A stretch of DNA of 64,000 bases, taken from contig CAWBBV010000007.1 in assembly GCA_963787125.1 (NCBI GenBank), positions 32,001-96,000 on the forward strand, read 5' to 3'. The position numbers and the translations under genes were made by a program. The notes below the pieces were generated by a model. The model saw only the letters and a program-made list of their open reading frames with translations. It made no database searches and was not told the origin of the DNA. This document shows, piece by piece, positions 40,884 through 49,673 of this stretch (positions are counted from its first letter, which is position 1; each line of letters starts with the position of its first letter). The stretch comes from an uncultured delta proteobacterium. Its GTDB lineage: Bacteria; Desulfobacterota; Desulfuromonadia; Geobacterales; DSM-12255.

Positions 40884-41447
40884 TCAACCCGGAAACACTT
40901 CTTTGAACAACCGCTTGTAATCGGCCTTGAATTCCTTGGGGCGGTCGTTCTGGTAGATCAAATACCCGGCAATCTCCCGCACCTTGGCCATTTCGATATG
41001 ACCACATTCCAGCATCAACCTCAGCAAATCTAGCGTCTTGAACGTTTTGACATCAAAATCATTTGCCAGCGCCAGCATATCGGTATCGTCAGTGACAACC
41101 GGCAATCCAATAACGTAGGCATGGGCAAGCACAGTGACATCCACCCGCGACACCGTGGGGTATGCAGTTCTCTTGTGGTCAAACATGAAGTCGAACGCCT
41201 GCTCGATTTCATTTCTCTCTTGCTTGGATAGTTGCACACGGTGTGAGCGGTTTTCTGTGTATTCCGGGTCATTAACCCATGGAAACTTGTTTCGCAGGCG
41301 GGGACTTTTGTTGTACTCGTCCTGTAGCTCCTTGATTACATACAGGCAGTAGGGCGGTGCGCCGAACTCCGTTTTGAGCAGGGGGCGGATGCTTTGCGCC
41401 AGGCGGAAATAGGTGTTGGTATCGACAAGGATCTTACTTTGCGCCAC
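40884..41447 (-). CDS. PIN-domain-like protein (putative toxin/RNase)
   Basis: ILVDTN, ELQDE, SRVDVTVLAHA, VVTDD acidic PIN motifs; GTG start with GAGGAG RBS overlapping the upstream gene end. Confidence 0.75.
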   Translation of the reverse strand: MAQSKILVDTNTYFRLAQSIRPLLKTEFGAPPYCLYVIKELQDEYNKSPRLRNKFPWVNDPEYTENRSHRVQLSKQERNEIEQAFDFMFDHKRTAYPTVSRVDVTVLAHAYVIGLPVVTDDTDMLALANDFDVKTFKTLDLLRLMLECGHIEMAKVREIAGYLIYQNDRPKEFKADYKRLFKEVFPG

Positions 41448-42579
41448 TGCAAAGCTCCTCATATACGTTCTGGGCGTCTATGAATGGTATATTGAGGATG
41501 CTTTGGACAAAACTTGCGGGTTTATGACCCGTGTTCAGGTAATTCCTGAGAATATCGAAGAATGGGCTTTTAAAGGTTTCTTTGGCGCAGGCAATATAGC
41601 GGGATGATGGCGGCTCTTTGGTAGCAAAGAGAATTTCGCTTACCGGCTTGAACATTTTATTGAAATTTATAGTCGCCTTATGGATTTCTTTGTCCGAGTC
41701 GAGATCGATCCTTTCCGTCCCCTTGAACTCGGCGTACTTGTTGATTTCGTAGTAAACCGTTAGCGGCGACACAACAAGCTTGGCGGCGGTCTCCTTGATG
41801 CGGTTGATCTGCTGGCCGATGTTGCTCGTGTTCCGTAACGCCTCGTACTCCCTGGCTGCCAGCTCCTGGGGAATCAGCAGCGCCCCGGCAAACGCCTCGG
41901 CAAAATCCTCCCCATCGTCGCCCTGCAGTTGCGGAGCGAGAACGTGGCCCAATTCATGGGACATCCAGAACTTGAAATCATGCAGACGGCAATCGAGGTT
42001 AAGGTAAATCCAGGTTGACAGCGACTCGGGCAAATGGATATGGAGGGCGTTTTCATGCTTGTCCTTGTGCGCCCAGAGCACCGGTACAAGAACAGCATGG
42101 AGTTTGCCAAAGAAATCGATCAATTTCTCAAAGTGGATTTCGCCACCTTCAAGCACACCGATCTCTTCCCGTACCCGCCGGGCGGCCTTGTGTACGTACT
42201 CGTAGTCGCTCACCGGTTTGCGGAGCGTTGCCGGCTGGACCTGGTCGTCGAAGGGAAGAAATGGAACAAGCGCTTCAAGAATGCGCCCCATATCCTTTGC
42301 CTGTTCCACATATTCCGGGGTTATCTTGTGCGCCCCCTTTTTGCGGAAAGCGACAACCGGCTCGTTCGGTTCCGGGAGCTTGATGACCAGATCCGAGAAA
42401 GACAAGGCGAGCAGACGCGCCAGCTTCAGGAGCTTGTCCGGGCGAGGGTACTTATCCTGTTTGAACCATTGAGAGACGGTTTCGCGGGAAACGTCCAGGG
42501 CTTTGGCAATGGAGGATTGGTTGAGGCCGAGAGCTTCAGCCTGCTGAGACAACTTTTCAATGTTGAGTGTGTTTGTCAT
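41434..42579 (-). CDS. XRE-HTH + ImmA/IrrE (DUF955) Zn-metallopeptidase
   Basis: LNQSSIAKALDVSRETVSQW HTH, VAFRK linker, FWMSHELGH (HExxH), AEAFAGALLIP. Confidence 0.88.
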   Translation of the reverse strand: MTNTLNIEKLSQQAEALGLNQSSIAKALDVSRETVSQWFKQDKYPRPDKLLKLARLLALSFSDLVIKLPEPNEPVVAFRKKGAHKITPEYVEQAKDMGRILEALVPFLPFDDQVQPATLRKPVSDYEYVHKAARRVREEIGVLEGGEIHFEKLIDFFGKLHAVLVPVLWAHKDKHENALHIHLPESLSTWIYLNLDCRLHDFKFWMSHELGHVLAPQLQGDDGEDFAEAFAGALLIPQELAAREYEALRNTSNIGQQINRIKETAAKLVVSPLTVYYEINKYAEFKGTERIDLDSDKEIHKATINFNKMFKPVSEILFATKEPPSSRYIACAKETFKSPFFDILRNYLNTGHKPASFVQSILNIPFIDAQNVYEELCSGAK

Positions 42580-42587
42580 GGGTAACC

Positions 42588-42617
42588 TGTATACAACATT
42601 GTCAACTTTTGTCAACT
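42588..42617 (-). promoter_or_regulatory. putative promoter/operator of the XRE-peptidase gene (tandem AGTTGACAA)
   Basis: Minus strand AGTTGACAA-A-AGTTGACAA-TGTTGTATACA just upstream of an ATG with no SD. Confidence 0.4.
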
Positions 42618-42639
42618 ACAGTATACGTTTTTTACGTTT

Positions 42640-43974
42640 TTAGTGCCGGACTTTTTTGGTCTTTGCTGGTGTGGTCTTGGCCCGCTCTGCCCGGATACGC
42701 TCCAGCAGCACCGCCGCCGGTTCATCGCTGGGGTCCTGGGGCACCAATTCGCCACGGAAGGCCTTGGCGAGGATGGATTGGGTCAGCTTGTCTACGTGGG
42801 TCTTGGCCGTCCGGTAGCGGGCTTCCAGCTGATCGGCCAGGGTGAAGAAGGATTCGACGCGACGGACGATTTCTTGTTGTTCCTCTGGAGAGACAATCGG
42901 GAATTCGAGCGATCCAACGACTTGCTGATTCAGATTCGTCATCGTACTGCCGACGGAACCCTCTTCAAGGAAGGCACAAGTATAGGGGCTTCGCAGCAGT
43001 AAGCAGAGAAAGTCGGGAACAACATTTTTGCTGGTTGCCCGTAGGATAAGCGACCCGGTCCCACACATAAGACCAGGAGCGCGAACCACTGCAGCTCGTC
43101 CCATTTCACCCCTTCGGCCGAGAACAATATCTCCCGGTCGCAGTACATATCGAGTAAGTTCCTTCATTTTGGTTTCAGAGACGCTTTGATCTGCATTGGG
43201 AAATATTTGACCTTCCCGAATATGCATGGGGTTGATTAAAGGGACTCCGTTCGATACGTAGTCATGCTTGTGAAGTGCACTGCCGAAAGGTCCTGTTTGA
43301 ACGGAAACATCTTGCTTTGAAAGCGTGGACCATTCCCATTCTTCAACCTTGTTTTCCTCCCTCCAATCCGCCGTCAGCCGCCCGGAGCAGGCAGCGGCCA
43401 GCACCGCCTGGCGGAAGCGCTTGAGGATGACCGGAATCTTCGCCAGCCGCTGCTGGCTGGTGTCCACCTTGGCGAGCACCTCTTCCAGTTTGGCGACGAT
43501 GCGGCGTTGTTCGTTGAGGGGGGGGAGCGGGATTGGATGCCTTCTAACAATTTCCTGACTGATGTTAGGTTGTGCACCCCCTTGTCCAAGCTCAATAAAT
43601 GTCTGTCTTTCGGAGAATAAATAGAAAAAAGCATATTTTTCTGCAACGAGATTTTCGTTCGGGATTAGATTGGCGCAGGCTTGATTTGTCGCAGCAGGGA
43701 AAGTCATGATGCCAAGCTTGCCAATCGTAGCACCGTAGAGCGCCATGGAGATTGTCCCGGCAGGCAGCATTTTTGCTGATGAACTTTTGAGGCCGCTTTC
43801 GGTGATTTCTTCGTCCGTCTTTAGAATCAGGCCATCGGGCAAATCACCACTTTTTACCCATGGGATGCCTTTCCCGAAATACTCGGGTTTGCTACGCGAG
43901 GGGGTTCCCCCGCTGCACCAACTTCCAATTTCAGCGAGTGCAGTATTAACCCACCCCTGCAGTAATTCACTCAT
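42640..43974 (-). CDS. hsdS: type I R-M specificity subunit
   Basis: Two TRDs (SGGTPSR.., QTGPFGSAL..), conserved PLPPLNEQRRIV and EEQQEIVRRV...QSILAKAFRGEL regions. Confidence 0.93.
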   Translation of the reverse strand: MSELLQGWVNTALAEIGSWCSGGTPSRSKPEYFGKGIPWVKSGDLPDGLILKTDEEITESGLKSSSAKMLPAGTISMALYGATIGKLGIMTFPAATNQACANLIPNENLVAEKYAFFYLFSERQTFIELGQGGAQPNISQEIVRRHPIPLPPLNEQRRIVAKLEEVLAKVDTSQQRLAKIPVILKRFRQAVLAAACSGRLTADWREENKVEEWEWSTLSKQDVSVQTGPFGSALHKHDYVSNGVPLINPMHIREGQIFPNADQSVSETKMKELTRYVLRPGDIVLGRRGEMGRAAVVRAPGLMCGTGSLILRATSKNVVPDFLCLLLRSPYTCAFLEEGSVGSTMTNLNQQVVGSLEFPIVSPEEQQEIVRRVESFFTLADQLEARYRTAKTHVDKLTQSILAKAFRGELVPQDPSDEPAAVLLERIRAERAKTTPAKTKKVRH

Positions 43975-43990
43975 CTATCTTCACGCCTTT

Positions 43991-44064
43991 CTTTGCGCCC
44001 TTTGCGTCTTTGCGGTAAAAAGATTCTAAAGACTTCGAACCGCGAAGACGCAAAGATCGCCAAG
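43991..44064. repeat. palindromic 8-9-mer (CTTTGCG-type) REP-like element
   Basis: CTTTGCGCC-CTTTGCGT-CTTTGCGGT with imperfect inverse ACCGCGAAG-ACGCAAAG-ATCGCCAAG. Confidence 0.75.
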
Positions 44065-44075
44065 GAAACAAAAAT

Positions 44076-44378
44076 CTATTCTGATTCGCTCAGTTGGACC
44101 GAATCATCCAACAATTGCCTGCCATGCCGCACGGTCAGAATGTGAATGTCATCCGTCACCTTATAGATAACTCGATAGTTGCCATAAATCAGCTCACGAA
44201 TATCTGAGCGTTTCAGTTCCGGGACAACCCGGCAGCTCAGGGGTTGCTCCGGCAATCCACCCACCGTTTCGAACAGCTTTTTTACCCATTTTTCAGCGGC
44301 AGAAGGCTTGTCTCTGGCAATATAGCGGGCAATATCCCGCACGCGTTCCAGAGCCAAGGGCGACCAGACGACCTTCAT
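44076..44378 (-). CDS. RelE/ParE-family toxin
   Basis: MKVVWSPLA...IARYIARD.P.AA...RVVPE...IRELIYGNYRVIY...ILTVRHGR. Confidence 0.9.
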   Translation of the reverse strand: MKVVWSPLALERVRDIARYIARDKPSAAEKWVKKLFETVGGLPEQPLSCRVVPELKRSDIRELIYGNYRVIYKVTDDIHILTVRHGRQLLDDSVQLSESE

Positions 44379-44656
44379 TGCGCAATACCCGCGAGAATGT
44401 GCGTCAGAGCCTCATCATGGCTTAGTCCATTGCCTGACGCCAATTGACGTTCCGCCGCATGAACGTCCTGCAGCAATTCAAGCTGCTCCAATAGTTCCTC
44501 ATATTTCGCTACATCAAGCAGCACCGCAGCACTGCGGCCATGATTGGTGATGACAAGTGGCCGGTGAGTAGTCTGTACCTGTTTTATGAAACCGGTTACA
44601 TTGCCGCGAAACGTTGACAAGGGCTGAATATCGTTAACCAGCGAAAGTTGCGCCAT
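44375..44656 (-). CDS. Phd/YefM-family antitoxin
   Basis: DIQPLSTFR...RPLVITNHGRSAAVLLDV..YE; ATGA overlap with the toxin. Confidence 0.9.
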   Translation of the reverse strand: MAQLSLVNDIQPLSTFRGNVTGFIKQVQTTHRPLVITNHGRSAAVLLDVAKYEELLEQLELLQDVHAAERQLASGNGLSHDEALTHILAGIAQ

Positions 44657-44674
44657 ATTCGTACCTCCTATATT

Positions 44675-44694
44675 TTGTACTTTATTATGTACAT
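44675..44694. promoter_or_regulatory. putative antitoxin operator (TGTAC palindromes 12 bp apart)
   Basis: TTGTACT and ATGTACAT upstream of the Phd/YefM gene, like YefM-type TGTACA operators. Confidence 0.5.
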
Positions 44695-44721
44695 ATTTTT
44701 ACCCAGTTGCAACTAACTTTC

Positions 44722-46176
44722 TCAAACCTCCGCCCCCTCTTCCCGCTCAATCAGCCGGATGATCTCCCGCAGATCATCCACCACCGCCTCCAGCTCGGTG
44801 ATCGCCTCGGCGGCCAGATCCTGGGGTTCGGGGAGTTCGTTGCCGTCCTCAAGCGATTCGTCCTTCAACCAGGTGATATCCAGCTTGTAGTCGCGCCCCT
44901 TGATATCGGCCAGGGTGAAGGGGCGGAAACGGCCCGTTTCGCCGCCATCAGTGCGGGGTGAGCGGCCATTGGGGTCTTTGCCGTAGGCAGCGTCAAACTC
45001 GGCAAAGTGCTGGGCTGAAAGGGGCCGGTCCTTCTTGGTGATGCCGGGAACGTTGGAACGGGCGTCGAAAATCCAGACGTCTTTAGTCGGCAGACCTTTC
45101 TGGAAGAAGATGACATTGGCCTTGACCCCCTGGCTGTAGGGGGTGAAGGTGCCGCGGGGGAGGCGCAGCACCGTGTGCAGGTTGCAGTCCTGCATGAGGA
45201 TTTCGAAGACTTCGCCGGCCTTCCCTTCGAAGAGGCAGTTGTCCGGCAGGACCATGGCGGCCCGGCCGCCGGGCTTCAGGGTGTTGACCACGTGCTGGAC
45301 AAAGTTGAGCTGTTTGTTGCTGGTCTCGATGGTGAAGTCTTCCCGGTCCGGCGCCTGATTGGCTCCCTTGGTGCCGAAGGGGGGATTGGTGAGAATGACG
45401 TCAAACTTGTCGGCACCGGGGGGCTCATAAATGGTGTCACCCAGCCGAATCTGCGGCTCCACGTTGTGCAAGTAGAGGTTCATCAGCGCCAGCCGCCGCG
45501 GCCGGGCCACCAGGTCCTGGCCGTAGTAAGTAGAGGTGCGAATCCGCTTGGCATCGGCCCGGTCAAAGGCCCCTTTGGTCTTCTCAAAGAGCCATTCATA
45601 AGCGCAGACCAGAAAACCGCCGGTACCGCAGGCCGGGTCGCAGATTTTAAAGTCGGCCTTGCCCCGCGGATCGGGCTGCATCACCCGGACGATGGACTGA
45701 ATGAGCACGCGAGGAGTGAAATACTGCCCCGCCCCTTTCTTCCCTTCACTGGCGGCCTTCTCCAGCAGCCCCTCGAAAGCGGCCCCCTTCACATCCACAT
45801 CCAGACCGGTCCACTCTTCATCATCAATCAGGCCGATGATCTTTTTCAGGCTGACCGGGCTATTGAACTGGTTCTTGGACTGGGCAAAGATATCCCCCAG
45901 CATCCCCTGCTGACTGCTCAGGGCACGGAGCACTTCGGAGAAATGGTACAGCACCGCCGTGCCGGACTTGTTCCGCAGAGCGGCCCAGCTGCAGTCAGTG
46001 ACGATCTTCTCGTGCTTCTCGTTGACCCAGGAGATGGCGTGCAGCTCAATCCCTTTTTCATCGGACATCTTGAGAAACAGCAGGTAGGTGAGCTGCTCAA
46101 TATAATCGCCATAATCGATGCCGTCATGGCGCATCTGGTGGCAGAAGCCCCAGAGTTTGTTGACAATGTCTGACAT
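44722..46176 (-). CDS. hsdM: type I R-M methyltransferase subunit (m6A)
   Basis: YIEQLTYLLFLKM, GAGQYFTPR, DPACGTGGFL, TNPPFG; start ATG 46176. Confidence 0.95.
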   Translation of the reverse strand: MSDIVNKLWGFCHQMRHDGIDYGDYIEQLTYLLFLKMSDEKGIELHAISWVNEKHEKIVTDCSWAALRNKSGTAVLYHFSEVLRALSSQQGMLGDIFAQSKNQFNSPVSLKKIIGLIDDEEWTGLDVDVKGAAFEGLLEKAASEGKKGAGQYFTPRVLIQSIVRVMQPDPRGKADFKICDPACGTGGFLVCAYEWLFEKTKGAFDRADAKRIRTSTYYGQDLVARPRRLALMNLYLHNVEPQIRLGDTIYEPPGADKFDVILTNPPFGTKGANQAPDREDFTIETSNKQLNFVQHVVNTLKPGGRAAMVLPDNCLFEGKAGEVFEILMQDCNLHTVLRLPRGTFTPYSQGVKANVIFFQKGLPTKDVWIFDARSNVPGITKKDRPLSAQHFAEFDAAYGKDPNGRSPRTDGGETGRFRPFTLADIKGRDYKLDITWLKDESLEDGNELPEPQDLAAEAITELEAVVDDLREIIRLIEREEGAEV

Positions 46177-46189
46177 TGGGTTTCCTGTG

Positions 46190-46609
46190 TTATGAGTTGA
46201 ATTGAGCCAGAAACTCTTCTGCGGTGCAGGTTGTGATTGTCGCCGCACGAAAATCCTTTCGATTACGGGTAACAATGACAGGCAGGCTATTTTCTAGAGC
46301 GGTATAGTACTGAATTGCATCCTCAAAATCGCTGAAATTAGAATCAAGTGCCTTGGCAATGACAGTGTCGTCAACAGGCAGTATAGGCACAAGCTTGCGC
46401 AGATTTTTTAATGCTTCAACCGCCTTATGTGAGCCTATGGATTTACGCAGTACGTAATGGAGGTTTGCATAGGTCAGCGAAGAGGCACAAGCCTCAACCT
46501 TTCCTTTGTCAATCGCGGAAAAAAGGGCAGCAGCTTGGAAGTAAAACGGTTCGCGTCGACAGAAAAGATCAAGAAAAATATTGGTGTCGATGAATATGCG
46601 CTGTTTCAT
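46190..46609 (-). CDS. PIN-domain (VapC-like) toxin
   Basis: IFIDTNIFLD, DFEDAIQY..A, IVTRNRKDF. Confidence 0.9.
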   Translation of the reverse strand: MKQRIFIDTNIFLDLFCRREPFYFQAAALFSAIDKGKVEACASSLTYANLHYVLRKSIGSHKAVEALKNLRKLVPILPVDDTVIAKALDSNFSDFEDAIQYYTALENSLPVIVTRNRKDFRAATITTCTAEEFLAQFNS

Positions 46610-46851
46610 CGGTATTTTTTCTCAAGATAGTCAGTGTACTCTTCCCTGAAATTATCAGCAGCATCAGGAGGCAGGATACCGGAAAGACTTGCCACTATCG
46701 GCGTGATTTCTTCCGTTGAACTATCTTTGCGCACAACCAGTTTCAGATAGTTTTCCACCATATTGGAAAGGCTTCGATGCTGCTGGCGCGCATATTCCTT
46801 GGCCTGTTCGATCACATCGCTTTCAATGCTCAAGGTCAGTTTGGTCTGCAT
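46606..46851 (-). CDS. DUF6364-type RHH antitoxin
   Basis: MQTKLTLSI...VIEQAKEYA.....SLS.MVENYL...YL.KKY; ATGA overlap with the PIN gene. Confidence 0.85.
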   Translation of the reverse strand: MQTKLTLSIESDVIEQAKEYARQQHRSLSNMVENYLKLVVRKDSSTEEITPIVASLSGILPPDAADNFREEYTDYLEKKYR

Positions 46852-46862
46852 GGCACACCTCC

Positions 46863-46891
46863 TACGTATAAAATATTACATGCTATACGTA
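46863..46891. promoter_or_regulatory. putative autoregulatory operator (TACGTATA-N13-TATACGTA)
   Basis: Perfect inverted repeat directly upstream of the antitoxin RBS. Confidence 0.55.
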
Positions 46892-46904
46892 TTGTCAACT
46901 TGCT

Positions 46905-49607
46905 TTACACCGCTACCGCCTCATTAAACCGCTTCACCAGCACTTCCAACTTACCGCTAAACTCCCGGTTCGCCCGCCCCCAACCCCCGGCATGGGAAAA
47001 GACAGGCATATCATCAAAATCATCCCGGCTAATGGAGAGGTTCTGCACCAGATGCACCCGCACCCGTTCCAGCCATTCCAGCTGCTGCGGGGTAAACGTC
47101 TGCCCGCCGGTGATCCGCATCATGGCCCGCTGTACCCGCTCCTGGGCGGTGAACAGCTCTTTCTCCGCCGCTGCCGCATGCTGCACCATGGAGATAATGT
47201 CGGCCATGGCCTTGTGATAGGTCAGCTCATGGGCCTTCTGCAGCCGCTCTTCGTTGAAGCGGAGTGACGCAGCTGCCAGCTTGCTGCGCAGTTCGGTCAG
47301 GGCGGCCACATTCCAGTCAGCCGGCCGATCGAGCAGGATCTGCACTGCCTCGATATCGCTTTTATGCTCCCGGATGTAGTTGGCAAAGGCCGTCAGATAG
47401 TCCGCCGGCTTGTATTCGTTCCCTTCGTTATCCCGAATCAGCCAGACGCTCTCCACCTGATCTTCCACCTCATACCCTTTGAGAAAAGTCCGCTCCGGGC
47501 GTTTGTAATTAACCAAAAGGTCCTGGAAACCGGGATTGCGCAGCAGTTCCATGGTGGCGGCGAAGCGGCTCTTGAGGTTCTGCGGCAGTTCGTCGGCATA
47601 GCGGGCCAGGTCGCCGCAAGCAATGAAGGCGCTGAAATCGGTACGGGATTCGCCGCTCATCTCCTTGTCGATCCGCTGCAGCCGCTTGACCAGACAGCGG
47701 CTGTTATACTCCCGATCCCTGTTCTGCCAGATATCCTCGATGATCTCGATGATTGTGCGGGTCTTGGGAGCCGGTTTCATGGCGGTAATAGCGGTGGCGC
47801 TGCGGAAGAACTCCAACAGGGTGCCATCGAAGCAGTCAAAGACGGTGAAGTGGGACTTGTCCGGGTATTTCTCCCCCTTGCGGGTGCCGCGGCCGAGCAT
47901 CTGCTCGAAGAGGATGCGGGACTTGACCTGGCGCAGGAAAACGATGAACTCCAGATCGGGGATATCGACGCCGGTGGTGAGCAGGTCAACAGTGACGGCA
48001 ATGGATGGCTGGGGGCGGTTGCGGAACTCACGAATCCGCTGCAGCGGCCGGTCCACCCGGCCGGTGATCTTGGCGGCAAAGGAATCACCCTTGCCGAAGA
48101 CCTCCCGCGCCAGCTCCACCAGCTGATCGGCATGGGAAGTATGGGGCAGGTCGTTGGCAGCAAAAATCAGCGTCTTCGGGAAACGGCCGTATTTTGCTTC
48201 GTGCTCGGCAGCGTACGTTTTAATTTCTTCCAGAATTTTCCGGTTGGAGCTGGGGACGGTCACCTTGCTTTCCAGTTCCGAAACCTCAAAGCCGCGGTCA
48301 TCTTCCAGATTGTCCAGCTGCTCGGCACCGCTGGCGGTATCCACCAGGCCGACGAGTTCCCCTTCTTTCAGGAAAGCCCCGTTCATCCTGACTTCCGAGC
48401 GGATCGCCACCACATCGTAGTCCACCAGATGCCCTTCACGGATGGCCCGCTCGTATTCGTAACGATAGACCACGTGCTTGAAGAAGGTGGTGGTATGGGC
48501 CGCCGGGGTGGCCGTCAGACCGATCTTGATGGCGTCAAAATGGTCCAGCGTCGCCCGCCAGGTGGCAACCTCCTGAGCGGTGTAGCCGCGGTGGCACTCA
48601 TCGGCAATGATCAGGTCAAAGGCGTGAATCGGGATGTCAAGCTGGCCGGCATCCTCTTCCTCATCCCCTTCGCCGTTGAAAGCGGCATTACGCCCGAAGA
48701 GGTTGATGGTCATCCGCTGAATGGTGCTGATGTAGAGAAAGGCGTCCCCCGGCTTGGGGGCGGTCAGATAGCTGTTGGGAAGCACCTTGGGATCAAACTT
48801 TTCACCCTCTTCGAAATCGCCGGTCTGGAAACGCTGGCTGTAGACTTCATAGATGGCATCGAACTTGTGCCCCGGTTCCGGCTCAAAGGCTGCAAAGGAG
48901 CGGACCGCCTGGGCTGCCAGGGCGCGTCGGTCCACGAGAAACAGCACCCGCAGCGCCACGCCGGACTTCATCAGCCGGTAGACCTGGTTCACCATGGTGA
49001 AGGTCTTGCCGGTACCGGTCGCCATGGCCACCAGCATGTGATGCTGCCGCTCACCGATAGCTTTTTCCACTGCGGTGTTGCACTCCCGCTGGTAGGGGCG
49101 CAGCCGCTGATGGTCGTTCGCCAGCTTCTGCAGGGCACTGCAGGCGGCATCCAGATCCCGGCCCAGCTTTTCCTGTAGGGCTGCGGGGGTGTGAAAGGCG
49201 CTAAGCTGCCGCGAGCGACTGTTTTCGTGGCGAATGTCGTGGTGCCAGATCAGTTCGCCGTTGGTGGAGTAGAGAAAAGGGACATGGTAGGGGCCAAAGG
49301 AAAGGTCACTGCCGCTAACGCCGCGTGAGTAGCGCTGGGCCTGGGTCAGGACGTTCTGCGGACCGAGGGATAGTTTCTTTGCCTCAACAATACCAAGGAT
49401 CGTGCCGTTAACGCAGAGGGCATAGTCAGCCGGGCCGTTATCAGTCGGGTATTCGACAATTGCACAGCCATCATAGGCAGTAAGCGGTTTGGAAGGTTTG
49501 TACGGACAGATCTTCCAGCCAGAGGAGGTAAGTTTCGGATCAACCAGCTTGCGGCGGGTAAGCCATTCCGAGTTGGCAGTGGAAGCGGCTGTTCTGGATG
49601 AAGGCAT
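46905..49607 (-). CDS. hsdR: type I R-M restriction subunit (EcoEI/EcoAI-like C-terminus)
   Basis: PADY...VEAKK nuclease motif, MATGTGKT, DECH, GLTATP, TGVDIP, QMLGRGTR. Confidence 0.95.
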   Translation of the reverse strand: MPSSRTAASTANSEWLTRRKLVDPKLTSSGWKICPYKPSKPLTAYDGCAIVEYPTDNGPADYALCVNGTILGIVEAKKLSLGPQNVLTQAQRYSRGVSGSDLSFGPYHVPFLYSTNGELIWHHDIRHENSRSRQLSAFHTPAALQEKLGRDLDAACSALQKLANDHQRLRPYQRECNTAVEKAIGERQHHMLVAMATGTGKTFTMVNQVYRLMKSGVALRVLFLVDRRALAAQAVRSFAAFEPEPGHKFDAIYEVYSQRFQTGDFEEGEKFDPKVLPNSYLTAPKPGDAFLYISTIQRMTINLFGRNAAFNGEGDEEEDAGQLDIPIHAFDLIIADECHRGYTAQEVATWRATLDHFDAIKIGLTATPAAHTTTFFKHVVYRYEYERAIREGHLVDYDVVAIRSEVRMNGAFLKEGELVGLVDTASGAEQLDNLEDDRGFEVSELESKVTVPSSNRKILEEIKTYAAEHEAKYGRFPKTLIFAANDLPHTSHADQLVELAREVFGKGDSFAAKITGRVDRPLQRIREFRNRPQPSIAVTVDLLTTGVDIPDLEFIVFLRQVKSRILFEQMLGRGTRKGEKYPDKSHFTVFDCFDGTLLEFFRSATAITAMKPAPKTRTIIEIIEDIWQNRDREYNSRCLVKRLQRIDKEMSGESRTDFSAFIACGDLARYADELPQNLKSRFAATMELLRNPGFQDLLVNYKRPERTFLKGYEVEDQVESVWLIRDNEGNEYKPADYLTAFANYIREHKSDIEAVQILLDRPADWNVAALTELRSKLAAASLRFNEERLQKAHELTYHKAMADIISMVQHAAAAEKELFTAQERVQRAMMRITGGQTFTPQQLEWLERVRVHLVQNLSISRDDFDDMPVFSHAGGWGRANREFSGKLEVLVKRFNEAVAV

Positions 49608-49673
49608 CTTACCCCCGGCTGCGCCGTTAATAAACTTTTACCTGCATTCAATTAGCATGCTTGGGGGGTTTAT

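Noticed and set aside
40676..43974. Invertible hsdS shufflon (phase-variable specificity)
   Set aside because: The repeats are direct rather than inverted, the second copy has no TRD, and no site-specific recombinase is nearby.
45175..46173. 332-aa plus-strand ORF
   Set aside because: Antisense shadow of hsdM.
47364..49178. 604-aa plus-strand ORF
   Set aside because: Antisense shadow of GC-rich hsdR with no recognisable motifs; expected from codon bias.
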